A stretch of DNA of 60,805 nt, counting the filler, from Sluysia triapertura (lineage: Eukaryota): NCBI GenBank assembly GCA_046118255.1. It is 4 parts of 4 records of this genome, joined end to end, with 100 filler letters (N's around TTAATTAATTAA, not from the genome) between each part and the next. Parts side by side here need not be neighbours in the genome. Positions count along the whole stretch, not along the records: positions 47,741 to 60,805 come from JBJNIA010062533.1; 3 more parts are not named here. One strand, given 5' to 3'. Under the pieces are notes generated by a model that was given only the letters and a program-made list of their open reading frames with translations, had not been told where the DNA came from and ran no database searches. Of the stretch, positions 50,180 to 60,805 are shown piece after piece. The number at the start of each line of letters is the position of its first letter. Positions within the stretch are counted from its first letter, which is position 1. Made by a program: the position numbers and the translations under genes.

Positions 50180-50332
50180 ATCAGTTTGATAACTAGTCTG
50201 CCTACTTTAGCATAATTGATTATTGAACAAGAATGATCAGAGCTTGATTTCTTACATGTCAAAGGACTTGGTAGTTTCACAAAAAATTTGAAACTCGACA
50301 TGATTTTTACATATATTAGGACAGCGTAAATA
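50180..50332 (-). pseudogene. Possible B-box zinc-finger (TRIM-like) exon remnant
   Basis: After an acceptor-like tttgttttag it reads ICKNHVEFQIFCET, then in a shifted frame PLTCKKSSSDHSC, resembling the B-box2 pattern C.H....FCETC..L.C..C...H.C. Degenerate. Confidence 0.3.
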
Positions 50333-50819
50333 AAAAGATGGAGTCTTTTGAGCTAAAACAAAATTAATATTTTCATTAAAATATTGCTGAATATAATATA
50401 ATTCAACATATCTTAACATCAAGTATGCAAAATTAAAACAAAACCCATAAATTTAATGAGTTTTTAATGTATTACATGCTATAAACTTATTTCATATGGT
50501 ATGATAATAGGCACAACATTTGCGAAAATACCAATATCACTAATTAAAGATTGAATATGAATTATACTTAGGTAAACTGATATTTCAGTTAAGATAAGAT
50601 TGAAAGTTAATGAATATACCATTTGTTGGGATTGTGCAACTGTGAATTAGGAAATCAGAAAAAGACAAAGAATTACAAAATGAAGGAAAAGTTGATGCGA
50701 AGTGATAGGTGGAGCATAATAAGCATTCTCGCAGTGGGAATCATGAAAGTAAAAACATTTATAATAAGGCTTGTAGCTGAAGAATACTTTAGAGTTTCAA
50801 AGACCTATATAAGGTGTTG

Positions 50820-51400
50820 AAGCTTGAAATGGACTCGGAAAACCTTTCGAAGGTATCAAAATACCTTTGAGCTTGTGAATATGAGATCATTGGTATTCTT
50901 GAAACCTTGATAGGCATCTGAGTTCTTCGAGTAACCTTATAAAGTGTTTGAAATCTTTGGAGAATTTAAAGAAATAAAATCAGTGTTTAAAATAATAAAG
51001 ATAGGTTTAATGCGGTAAAAATTAACATAAATAAGTAGAAAAAGGAATCAGAGAGGTGAAGGTGAAAACATCTAGAGCCTCCTGAATGCCTTATAAAGTA
51101 CTAAAAAAACTTTAGAACCTCAATAAAACCTTTAAGCATAAAATAAAATTAAGTCTATAAATAGATTAATTAATTAAAAATCTTAATTAACTTAATTAAC
51201 TTTTGAATGCGGATTGCTATGTCAAATTTGAAACTGTGTATATATTTGTTTTGAAAAGAGCTTTCAATGAAGGTATGGTTTGACCGAGATAATGCAAGGA
51301 AAGCTTTAATTTTGAGCAAAGTCGAATTTTAATTAATTTTTAGTTATGGAATGTTGAATTTATTATACTTAGAATGATGCAAATGTGATGTATGTGGAGG
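50820..51400. repeat. Dispersed repeat, family B copy 1 (direct copy at 59990-60660); probably a non-autonomous transposon
   Basis: Shared CATCTAGAGCCTC(C/T)TGAAT(G/A)CCTTATAAAGTA, ATTAATTAATTAAAA-TCTTAATTAACTTA and AAAGT(C/T)GAATTTTAATTAATTTT. Each copy is preceded by degenerate GAAACCTT-type minirepeats. Confidence 0.75.
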
Positions 51401-51845
51401 GCAAGAAATACACTAATTTGCAAAATATATTATTTTTATTTAATTTTAATTTTTTATGAAAATTATTTATAACTTTAATTGAACAAAAACATCTCAACGT
51501 TAATTTAATTATCCGTAACAAAATAGGCTTAAGGCCTGTAAAGATTAATAAACTTTAAATAATAACAAAATTTGACATTTTATTATTTATAAACAATAAA
51601 AAACAACAAAACAAGTAAATAGTTAATAATAATAAAACTAGCTCAATTTCCAATAATTTCAATAAACGATTATGTGATGAAGTGTGATGAATTCCCTAGA
51701 TAAGATCCCTTTTGAGACGCTGAGCATAAAGGCGTAGTGAAAGAGACCTTTTTAACGTTATCGATTGTTCTTACAGGTTCTCTTATTGAATAATTGAATA
51801 GTAGCTCCGGTATCAAAAGTGACTGCTTTGATTACTTTCTTCGGG

Positions 51846-53945
51846 TCATTTGTTTTGTCGATTAAAATTGTCTCTGGTTTGATTTTGCACCGGTTGACTA
51901 TTCGATCTTGTCCAGCGGTTTGGTTCTCTATTTATGTTTATAACTTTGTACGGGCCGGTATATCGTGGCTGCAATGAATGAGGATTTTCGATGATCAACC
52001 AAACATATTCACTATCGGTGATACTTTGAGGTATGTATACACGCGGTGAATTATTATGTACTGGTGATTTGTTTAATTCGTTGAAATATTCTCTTAAGTG
52101 CTTAGAGAAAACATTTTGGCAGTGCGGTATCGAATAGTTCGTGTGGTAGTCTTGTGCTTGTACCAAACACGATTTGAGCTGGGGAATATCCGATAGATGA
52201 GTGTGGAATATTCCTCCAACCAAGTAATATGAGAAGTAATGCGTCCGAAAGCGCGCGTAGTGAACTTTTTAGTGTGCGATGAAAACGCTCTATCATTCCA
52301 TTTGATTGCAGATGATAGGCTGTCGTTCTTAATCTGGAGCTTCCTAGATGTTTTAATAAACTGTTTAAAAGCTCAGATGCGAATTGTTTGCCATAGTGGG
52401 TAATTATCCGCTTAGGCACACCAAACATAGCGATCCAATGCGTTACAAGAATATTTGTTATTTCAGTAGATATTGAGCGCATTGGAAACGCTTCCGGCCA
52501 ACGACTATGTCGGTCTATGATTGTCAAAATGTAGGTGTATCCTTTTGAATTTGGAAGTGGACCGATGATGTCCATGTGAATTGTGTCAAAACGTTGACCG
52601 GTTGGAAAATGGAGGATTTCCGGTTTGGTATGTTTGTTTTTACCGCCTGGCAGGTGAGGCATGCTTTGGTCCAGTTTTTAATGTCTTTCCGCATGAAAGG
52701 ACAAATCATTTTAGATTTCAAAACTTCATATGTGGATTTGGCACCTGAGTGCGTTGTGTTATGAATAAATTCGAACGCTTTAATCCTCAGGTTTGGGCCA
52801 AGGACTGGCCATAAAATTCCTGACAATTGGTGATCGAAATATACTCGTAAAGTTGGTGTAGAATAAAACTTTGATATATCTTCTGCTGAAGGAGGATCAC
52901 CTTTTAGATTTTCGATTGAAAATCATCGACTGAAATTCGATGCTACTGATGCCAACTCGTGATAAGGCATCAGTAACCACATTTTCCTCTCCAGGGATAT
53001 GCTGTATATCGAAATTGAACTGGGACAGGTAGCTGATATGTCTTTATTGCCTTGTAGAAGGATTTTTCATGGAGAAGATAAATAACAAAGGCTTGTGATC
53101 GGTTCGAAGTGTTATTTTCACTGGCATTAGCAAGTATTCGAAGTGTTTCACTGTCAGGTTAATTGCCAAAAGTTCACGATCAAAAGCAGAATATCGTGTT
53201 TGTTGGTTGGACAATTTATGCGAGTAAAATTCAATTGGTCGTGGCACTTCGTCGTGATATTGGGTTAAAACTACACCAACTGCTATATTTGACGCATCGA
53301 TTGTTAAAATGAATTTTTCATTTGGTAATGGGAACGCTAGACTCTGCATTTTGGTAATGTGGTCTTTGATTTCTTGAAATGCAGCTAACTAAGTTCCATT
53401 CCAATTTATTATTCGCGTCTTCTTTCTAGCTAATAAAGCAGTTAGTGGTGCTAAGATCTCAGAGAGTTTTGGCAGAAATCTGCGGCAGTTTTTGACTAGG
53501 CCAAGGAAACTCCGCATTTGCGTGAGTGTTTCTGATTGCGGGAAATTCCTTATTGCTTCTGTATGGCTTGGTAATGCCTTCAGAAGAGATCTCGTGGCCA
53601 AAAAATGCTATTTTAGATTGAAAGAATTGGCATTTCTTCGATTTGATTATTAAATTGTGATCTGCCAGCAGTGTTAAAACTTGGTCGAGATGTTGTTTGT
53701 GTGAATTATCATCAGTTGAAGCGATGGTAACATCATCAATGTATGCTGCAACAAATGGTAGACCTTGGAGAATATGATCTATATGTCTCTGAAAGGTCTG
53801 AGCAGCATTCGAAGACCAAACGGCATTCTTGTATACTCGAATAAGCCGAAAAGTGTTGTAACTGCAGTCTTCGCGATATCCTCTGAGTGTACCTAGATTT
53901 GATGATACGCCTTCGCTAAGTCGATTGAAGAGAATATTTTGCACT
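51846..53945 (-). mobile_element. Ty3/Gypsy LTR-retrotransposon pol remnant (RT-RNaseH-integrase), frameshifted, lacking gag/protease
   Basis: RT: KIFSSIDLAKAYHQI..KTAVTTLFGLFEYTRMPFGL, NAAQTFQR, AYIDDV. RNase H: LTIDASNIAVG, YSAFDRELLAI, RTDHKPL. Integrase: H..H..CLTCQ zinc finger, HMDIIGPLP, NGMIERFHRTLK, GPY/F motif PRYTGPYKV. The RT-RH-IN order identifies Gypsy. Confidence 0.93.
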
Positions 53946-53975
53946 AGCTCTGGTTGGACGGCCAATGGAAACACG

Positions 53976-55144
53976 CAAAGAGTTGAATACTAACAAACAA
54001 TTAAATTATACTGTGATGACAACCATAATCAGCAGTGACGCTAAACAATAAATGCAAATTAAAAACGTCAATGCTGATGATGGCAGCTACCTAGTTAATT
54101 GTTTGTGAAAATTGATACAATGATAATAATAATAATAAATAATAATGAAAAATAAAATGATGATAGTAATAATAACAAATACATAAATTCTTTTTGAGAC
54201 TTATACAAGAACTTTCTATCACATCTTCAACTTCTCAACATATTTAAAATTTGAAAATAATAAAGGATACCAATGATAATGATAAAAATGATAATGATAA
54301 TAATGTTATTAATACTAAAACTGCATAAATTCATTGTGATTCTTTAAAATTAACATGATCTGTCTTTATTTCTTTACTTTCTGAACATATTTAAACTTAT
54401 GTAGAACTAGACATCTTTAAATGAAAATTAGTTTGTATTAGTTTTAAATGTATGCTTGAAGTTTTAAGGTGTGATTGTGGTTATAATACTGTATGATTAT
54501 GTGTCGAAAGTTTATGATGAATTTTTAGATGCTAATTAATGTTTTTAATTAAAGATGAACTTGAGTATTGAAAGTTATAATTTAATTATTTTAAAATAAC
54601 ACGAATGTTTAGAATGAATGATAAATGTACATTGGAGTTTTGAATGAAAGTAATGTTTGGTTGTTAGGATTTAATGATAAAAGATCGTGAATTTAGAATG
54701 TTTGATGTGATTTGAAGGTGGTGGTAGTTAATTTCGAATGTGGTTGAAATCGAATTGTTAAGAGATGAAAGATAAAATATTTTGGATGAATTTTTAATGT
54801 AATTTGATGGTATTTAATGTCACTGTAGTTTGTATGTTATAAGGTTGTGAATTTGAAATGCTTTGAAAAATGGAAGTTGATTTTGCTGGATCTGAAAAGG
54901 AATAAGATATAAAAACGGTTGTGACGAATTTTACAAAGTTGTGTGGTGTTGAAAAGAATATGATTTTAATTATTTTTGTTTTCAATTGTGAATTTAAAAT
55001 GTGAGTTGTATATGTTGGGGATGAATGTTATATTGACGTAGGATGTGTAAAAAAGGTATTTCATGGATTTTTGTAAGTATATGTTGTATTTGAAATAAAA
55101 TTTTTAATAAAATGTGTTAAGGTAATAAGTTGGCCGCCGCAGTT
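53976..55144. repeat. Diverged dispersed repeat, family A copy 2, with an internal tandem duplication
   Basis: Colinear with 47950-48682. Blocks 54120-54250 and 54280-54400 are related to each other. The minus strand has a stop-interrupted T/S/N/H-rich frame. Confidence 0.65.
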
Positions 55145-56688
55145 GAATTTTTCATATTTAGAATGATGAAATGATAGTGATTGCTATGAAAAAGTATCCA
55201 AAAGTGAATTTGAAATGTTTATATAAAAGTTTAAAATGGTTTGTTTTAGACTAAGATTGAAAATCAATTGAATTATAAAAACAAAATTAAATTCATTATT
55301 TTTGTGTATGTTAAAAATATTTGTGATGGTTATATTAATGTGAGAAGCAATTTTAGTAAAAATAGATCAAGTAGAGTTAAAGAAAATAATGAATGATCAT
55401 AAATCAATTTTTTTGTTTGATAGATCGTACCGTCTAATTATCAAAGTTGTTATTGTCGGTCGAATTCTCAAATAATGTTCTGATTATTTGTGTCTGTGAA
55501 ATTCGGGAGTGATTGGATGAGAATAAATATAAGGGAGTAATTAAGCACTTTAATTCAGAAGAAAATTTTAATCAAAGAAGATCCATACACTGGGTACAAT
55601 TTTAACTTTTATTGGTAAAATTTTAATTTTTATTAATTAAATTTTAATTTATAATATTCATATATTTTTGAGGATTCCCCTTTATTATTTCAAGTTATAA
55701 TATTCATGTGAAATAAGTAAATACATACAAAATTTCTAGTAAGTGATATTTTATATTTTGCCAGTTGCAACACCATTGCTTTTATTATTATAAAACTTAC
55801 TGTTAATATTGAGATTGTATGGCTAAAATCCAAGCGGATGATAAAAATTTGTATTTGATTTCGTAATTATAAAATTCGTGTTATTAATTCGAATTCAAAA
55901 AAATTAATATTTTGGTTAAATATAGTCAAATTAAAAATTTAATTTCGTTGTTCACTAGTAATATTACTAGTGATTACTAGTATGTGAAAGTAAATCTTAA
56001 AATAATTTTCATATTCGATTAATTTTAATAACTTGTCTATATAAATTAAAACTTCACAAAATTTCACTATAATTGCAGACTCTTATAAATTCCACATACT
56101 TAAAAAATTGACTCAAAATTATATTACAATACACAAATATATAGTACGGATAATTATTCTAAATTGTAATGAATTAATAAGCATTTTTAGGAATGCTTAA
56201 TGATTCAAAATTACAAAGTATAATCACTTTAAATTAAGGCTCAAAATAATTAATTTTTTTTATATACATTAAACTACTTTTGCGTAAGTGATTATTAGTC
56301 TCTGTAAATGACTGTTCAATTATCAGATTTAATAATAATACTCAAATGTAATATGATATTAATCCTTTAAATCCAACATTTTCTAAGATTATTCATTAAA
56401 ATATTTTTCAATTATAATGCATTGTTTTAGTTTATTGAAAGAATTAATAAAATATACTATTTATATAAACAAAAATGGTTAATTTTATGAAATCTTAAAT
56501 GGTTAAGCAAAATATTTCGAATAAAAATATTATAGATTACCATTAAAAAGAAATAAAAATTCATAAAATATTCATGAAAGTTTTCAATACATTTGAAGCT
56601 AATTTTATTCTAATTTGGTATTAAAATTCTATTTGTTATAATATCCATAAATTATTAACACAAATGCATGTCTAATAGCCTCATTTGT

Positions 56689-57788
56689 TTAATGGTCTTT
56701 ATTTAAACGACGCTGTTTTTCTGCTTTTAATCCATCCGCAAATTTTTCAATATCATCAATAGTTATACATTCATTTTTACTTTCTGATATCATTTTTGAA
56801 AATTGACGTTTCAAAGCTGCAACACCTATGAAACATTTACGAATATTTTAAATCATACCTTCAGCGAAAAATATTGCTTGTTCATGTGGTAAACTTTTTA
56901 TTACGTTGGATAATTCATTATCTGATGCAGTTTTTTCTTTTTCTTCAGAGCGTTTCAAGTATTCTGACACAGAATCTGACAAATCTGTTAAAAAAGTGGC
57001 ACCAGGCAATTTCATACAATCTGTACAATGGCACAAATACCACCGCCAGGTTTTATTGTACCAAAATCCCCCAACAGTATATTTAAGTTTGGTTTTATTT
57101 GATAACTCAGACTGCAACTTTTTTAGCTTACACGATTCATTTGGATAATCTTTATCAAGTAATTCATTAGACTGAGCAATGTTGTACACTTTTAACCAAT
57201 TGTTTTTCTCTAAGCACAACTTACACGTGAATTCTTCAACTTCATCTAAATTAATGGTTTCTAACTCATCTTTATCGTCAACTAAATGCTATTAAAATAA
57301 ATTAAATATAATATCGAACCTCCAAATGAAACCAATTTTCACAATAATTACACTGCCATTGATCAAAATAAACCAAATCTTCTGGCTGACTGCAAACGCA
57401 ATATAATCCCTTAAAATTATCATTATAGAGATTTTTTTCATTGGTTTTATCTTTTTCTATTAAAAGAGTGCAAGGATTTTTGAACTTTGAATTCCCGCAA
57501 TCGCATTTAAAATTTCTTTTTGTATACATATCAATTAATTCATGATCAGCATGACAGGAAAGAGAACAGGGATAACAAATTCCAGCTAACTCATTCGTTT
57601 CGTTAAAACATGTTTTACAACTATATATTGCTTGTCGAGGCACATAACCCTATCAAAAAAATTACAATGAAATAAGTTACTTTTGAATATGTGCATTCCA
57701 TATCCCCTTCACAACCTCCAAGATTTCGATTTTCTTCATCAATAATTTCTTTTATACTTACATAGTCTTCATTACTTGAATCAGCCAT
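56689..57788 (-). CDS. UBR7: E3 ubiquitin ligase UBR7 (UBR box + PHD finger); exons 57788-57681, 57649-57320, 57288-56859, 56825-56689; 334 aa
   Basis: GT-AG introns of 31, 31 and 33 nt give a 1005-nt frame. It reads LGGCEGDMECTYSK-GYVPRQAIYSCKTC..AGICYPCSLSCHADHELIDMYTKRNFKCDCG (UBR box), YNDNFKGLYCVC..QCNYCENWFH..CKLC (PHD), WRWYLCHCTDC, LPHEQAI and ITIDDIEKFADGL. Confidence 0.93.
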
Positions 57789-58543
57789 TTAAAATTTTAA
57801 TAAATTTAAAATGATCAAATTAAAAAGAATATAAATATCAAAAAAAATAAATATCCCAATATATAAAATTTATGGTAATTTATATTTTTAAGCATTAAAA
57901 ATTATCTACATAGGCATTTTTTATGAATTAGTATAACTAATTATTTAAACAAATACTTTTTGCGATAGAAACAATAGCTTTATTATGGATCTTGTATGAA
58001 ATGGCGAAAGTCTAATGTAGAAAGTCTTAAATGTCAAAGAATCACTGCCAAAATATTTAATGTTAAATAAATAAAATTTAATGTCAAAATATTATAATTT
58101 GAAAGCAGAACAATTTTTGAAGATCATCTATCCGAGAATCAAAAAACTAAAATTGATTGTGGTTGTTAAACAAAATTAAGTGGTTTTGACAGAAATACAT
58201 TTCTCTCAACCTATTGAATGTGATAACTTTGTTTAAATCTTCTCATAGTAATGCAAATATTTTTAAACTGCCTTGCTACATCTGAAAAATATGCATGTTC
58301 CAAATTCTATTAAGCTTCATTAATTTCTTTTGAAATTCTTCCGCTGGAGTTTAATAAAGTTTTATTTTAGCACCTTAACTCTATAAATTTGAACTAAATG
58401 TTTCTTTAAAATGTTGTAGAACTTATGCTTCCTGACCTTTTCGTGCAACGAAAATGAATGGTAATCCCTTTCGTGTCGGGTTCTAATCTTAAAATAATAA
58501 TAATTATTATTAATTATTATTGCAAGAGTGTATGCACATATGT

Positions 58544-58544
<1 letters not shown>

Positions 58545-58602
<58 letters not shown>
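58545..58602. repeat. (TAT)19 microsatellite
   Basis: Perfect trinucleotide run. Confidence 0.95.
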
Positions 58603-59791
58603 GCTGGGAGTTTTCTTAATTCAAGAAACCTAACTTACAAGCAAAATAATTTACTATTCTGAGTCCGTTTACAGTATTTGACTTACTAATGGCGTACCTG
58701 TAAAAATTACGTGAAAATTGCCTTAACTTAACAATAGTGGGCAAAATCGGCCCCTTATGTCAACTGATACTAAATAGCTTAACAATAATCAAGACAAACG
58801 CTGGCTTATGTAATATTTGAGTTAATGTAAAAATCAAGTTAATAGTATTCGTATGGAAACGTGCTGTTTTTTATTAAATTTAATGATATTATATTGCAAT
58901 CAACGTATTTTCGACTAAAAATATATTTAATTATAAATTGATCATAATGTAAGATAACTATAAACTTAATTTAAGTTACGACGTTAGTGCTAGAACAATT
59001 ATAACAAAAAGCAGGACTCCAAAGTTTTTTAATGTCTTTATTACACAACAAACAAAATTAAAATAAAATTACTATAAATTTGTAAAATTCAAAAAGAGCA
59101 ATTATCAATATCAAAATTATAAATAATAAAATTATAATAAAGATAAAAGTTGAGTTATAATAAAGGTCTACCTTGTAATAATTATTTTGTGATTGCCCTT
59201 AAGGGCCAACCGTGAAAATTAGTATTTTACGTGCAGATTTTAACTCAAAAAATGAGTATTCAAACTATGTGTAACTAACTTACTAGTTTAATTAATAAAA
59301 TTGTTAATCGGCCTCAAGCAATATGGTTCGAATTTGAATTGATGGGTCGAGTTGCTGCTGTTTGGAAAGTGTTATCCCTAATCGAATGTTCGGGATTTAC
59401 ACTACAACTTGGAGGATGAACTGGAAGACTATGAGAACGCGTAATCTGATAATGAATTGATGGTGAATGACAGGATAATATCGATGATGATTTTTTGTGA
59501 TAACTTTGTTTTCTTTGTGATGCCAAAATGGCGCGTTATAATTTTCTTTGATTTCTTTATTTATGTATGTCTTTATATACATATAAAGACATCTTTTAAA
59601 ATTTTATTTAGTTAAACAAATTTCTTTCGAGAAATTTCTTTTGTGTTATTTTTTAAAGTAATTTAGTAATAATTTTAATTTTAATATAATTTGAATAATA
59701 ATTTTTTAAATAGAATAATAACTTTTTTAATAATTTTTTATAATATTTATAATTTTCATAATTTTCATAAAACTAAGATTTTTACACCTTA

Positions 59792-59792
<1 letters not shown>

Positions 59793-59843
<51 letters not shown>

Positions 59844-59857
59844 GTTATTGTTGTTGT
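59793..59857. repeat. (ATT)17 microsatellite grading into GTT units
   Basis: Trinucleotide run; it explains the poly-Ile ORF 59691-59879. Confidence 0.95.
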
Positions 59858-59989
59858 TTTTATTATTGGGATTGTCTAGTTAGTGTGTAGAATTTAAAAT
59901 AAATAAAAAAAATGATATAAAATATCTGAAATATGATAATATAAACATGATTAATTATTTCTAGAGCAAGCGAAATGTTTATAAACATT

Positions 59990-60660
59990 TTGAAACCGAA
60001 GAATACCTTGGAGTTCCAAATACCTTTGTAGGGTATTGAGACCCTTGTGAAGACTTAAACAAGGGTTGGAAAGATGTCTTTAGGGGTAAAGATACCTTTG
60101 AACTTCGGAACCTTGGAATAATTTGAGATCTTGTGGATCTGTTGGAACCTTGTAAAACTCTTGAGACTTTTGAATAACTTTGTGAAAAGTTTGGAACCTT
60201 TGAAATGTTCAAAGATTATATTATGTTAATGATATTAAAGACAAATTTAGTACATTAATAATTGAAATAAAAAGATTCAGAGTGGTGAAGGCGGAAGCAT
60301 CTAGAGCCTCTTGAATACCTTATAAAGTATTTAATAGTTTTATAACCATATTAAACCTTTAAACTTAGAATAAGATAAGTTAAAATAATTAATTAATTAA
60401 TTAAAATCTTAATTAACTTAGTTAATAAAAATTACGTTTGTTTGAATAACTTTCGAATGAGGAATACTATGTTAAAACTCTATTTATGCACATATATGCC
60501 TTAAAGAAACCTTTTTATGATGATAAAGTTTGATCGAATTCATGAGAGGAATGCCTCTATATTGAATAAAGTTGAATTTTAATTAATTTTGAATTAAAAA
60601 ATGCTGAAATTTTCATATATAGAATGTTGAAGTGATGATGAATTAGGTATGGAGTGACAG
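59990..60660. repeat. Dispersed repeat, family B copy 2
   Basis: Colinear with 50820-51400. The GAACCTT/ATACCTT minirepeats at 59990-60210 generate the spurious ORF 59979-60212. Confidence 0.75.
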
Positions 60661-60805
60661 CTATGAAATAGGAGAAACCGAAAATGAGGTTGAAATATTT
60701 GTGAAATGGTTCGTTTGGGAATGAGAACCTTAAACATTTTCCATTAAAAAATTGAGTGTTAGGAATTAAAAATTAATTAAAATGTAAAAACTATAGTTAA
60801 ATTCA

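Noticed and set aside
47950-55144. Family A direct repeats as the two LTRs of the Gypsy element
   Set aside because: The copies are far more diverged than the pol relic and differ in length. No gag/protease lies between repeat and RT, and no PBS, PPT or TSD was seen.
59691-59879. Poly-Ile transmembrane ORF
   Set aside because: It is the translation of an (ATT)n microsatellite.

Overview
Very AT-rich animal genomic DNA, not a prokaryotic region. The window is four contigs (1-17134, 17235-34544, 34645-47640, 47741-60805) joined by artificial 100-bp N44-TTAATTAATTAA-N44 spacers, so adjacency across the spacers is not biological. Two intact spliced genes could be reconstructed by hand: CCAR1/DBC1-family (1180-4594, +, 5 exons, 815 aa) and UBR7 (56689-57788, -, 4 exons, 334 aa). 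Their 31-36 nt GT-AG introns suggest a compacted, probably parasitic animal such as an orthonectid (inference only). The most unusual feature is an intronless open frame at 46549-47640 (-). It joins the PDE4 regulatory UCR1/UCR2 module, with no catalytic domain, to the C-terminal half of a tetraspanin. Also notable: a Trp-rich protein with ~79-aa repeats, broken by an A-run frameshift and an in-frame TGA; a tRNA with Ala identity elements and a distorted anticodon arm; and orphan host-gene fragments (SIN3 HID, SLC35C2 last exon, a possible B-box). The rest is transposon debris (Helitron PIF1 helicase, RLE-type non-LTR element, Ty3/Gypsy pol, piggyBac- and hAT-type MITEs), microsatellites and repeated hairpin motifs. 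All homology calls come from motif recognition by eye; no database search was run.
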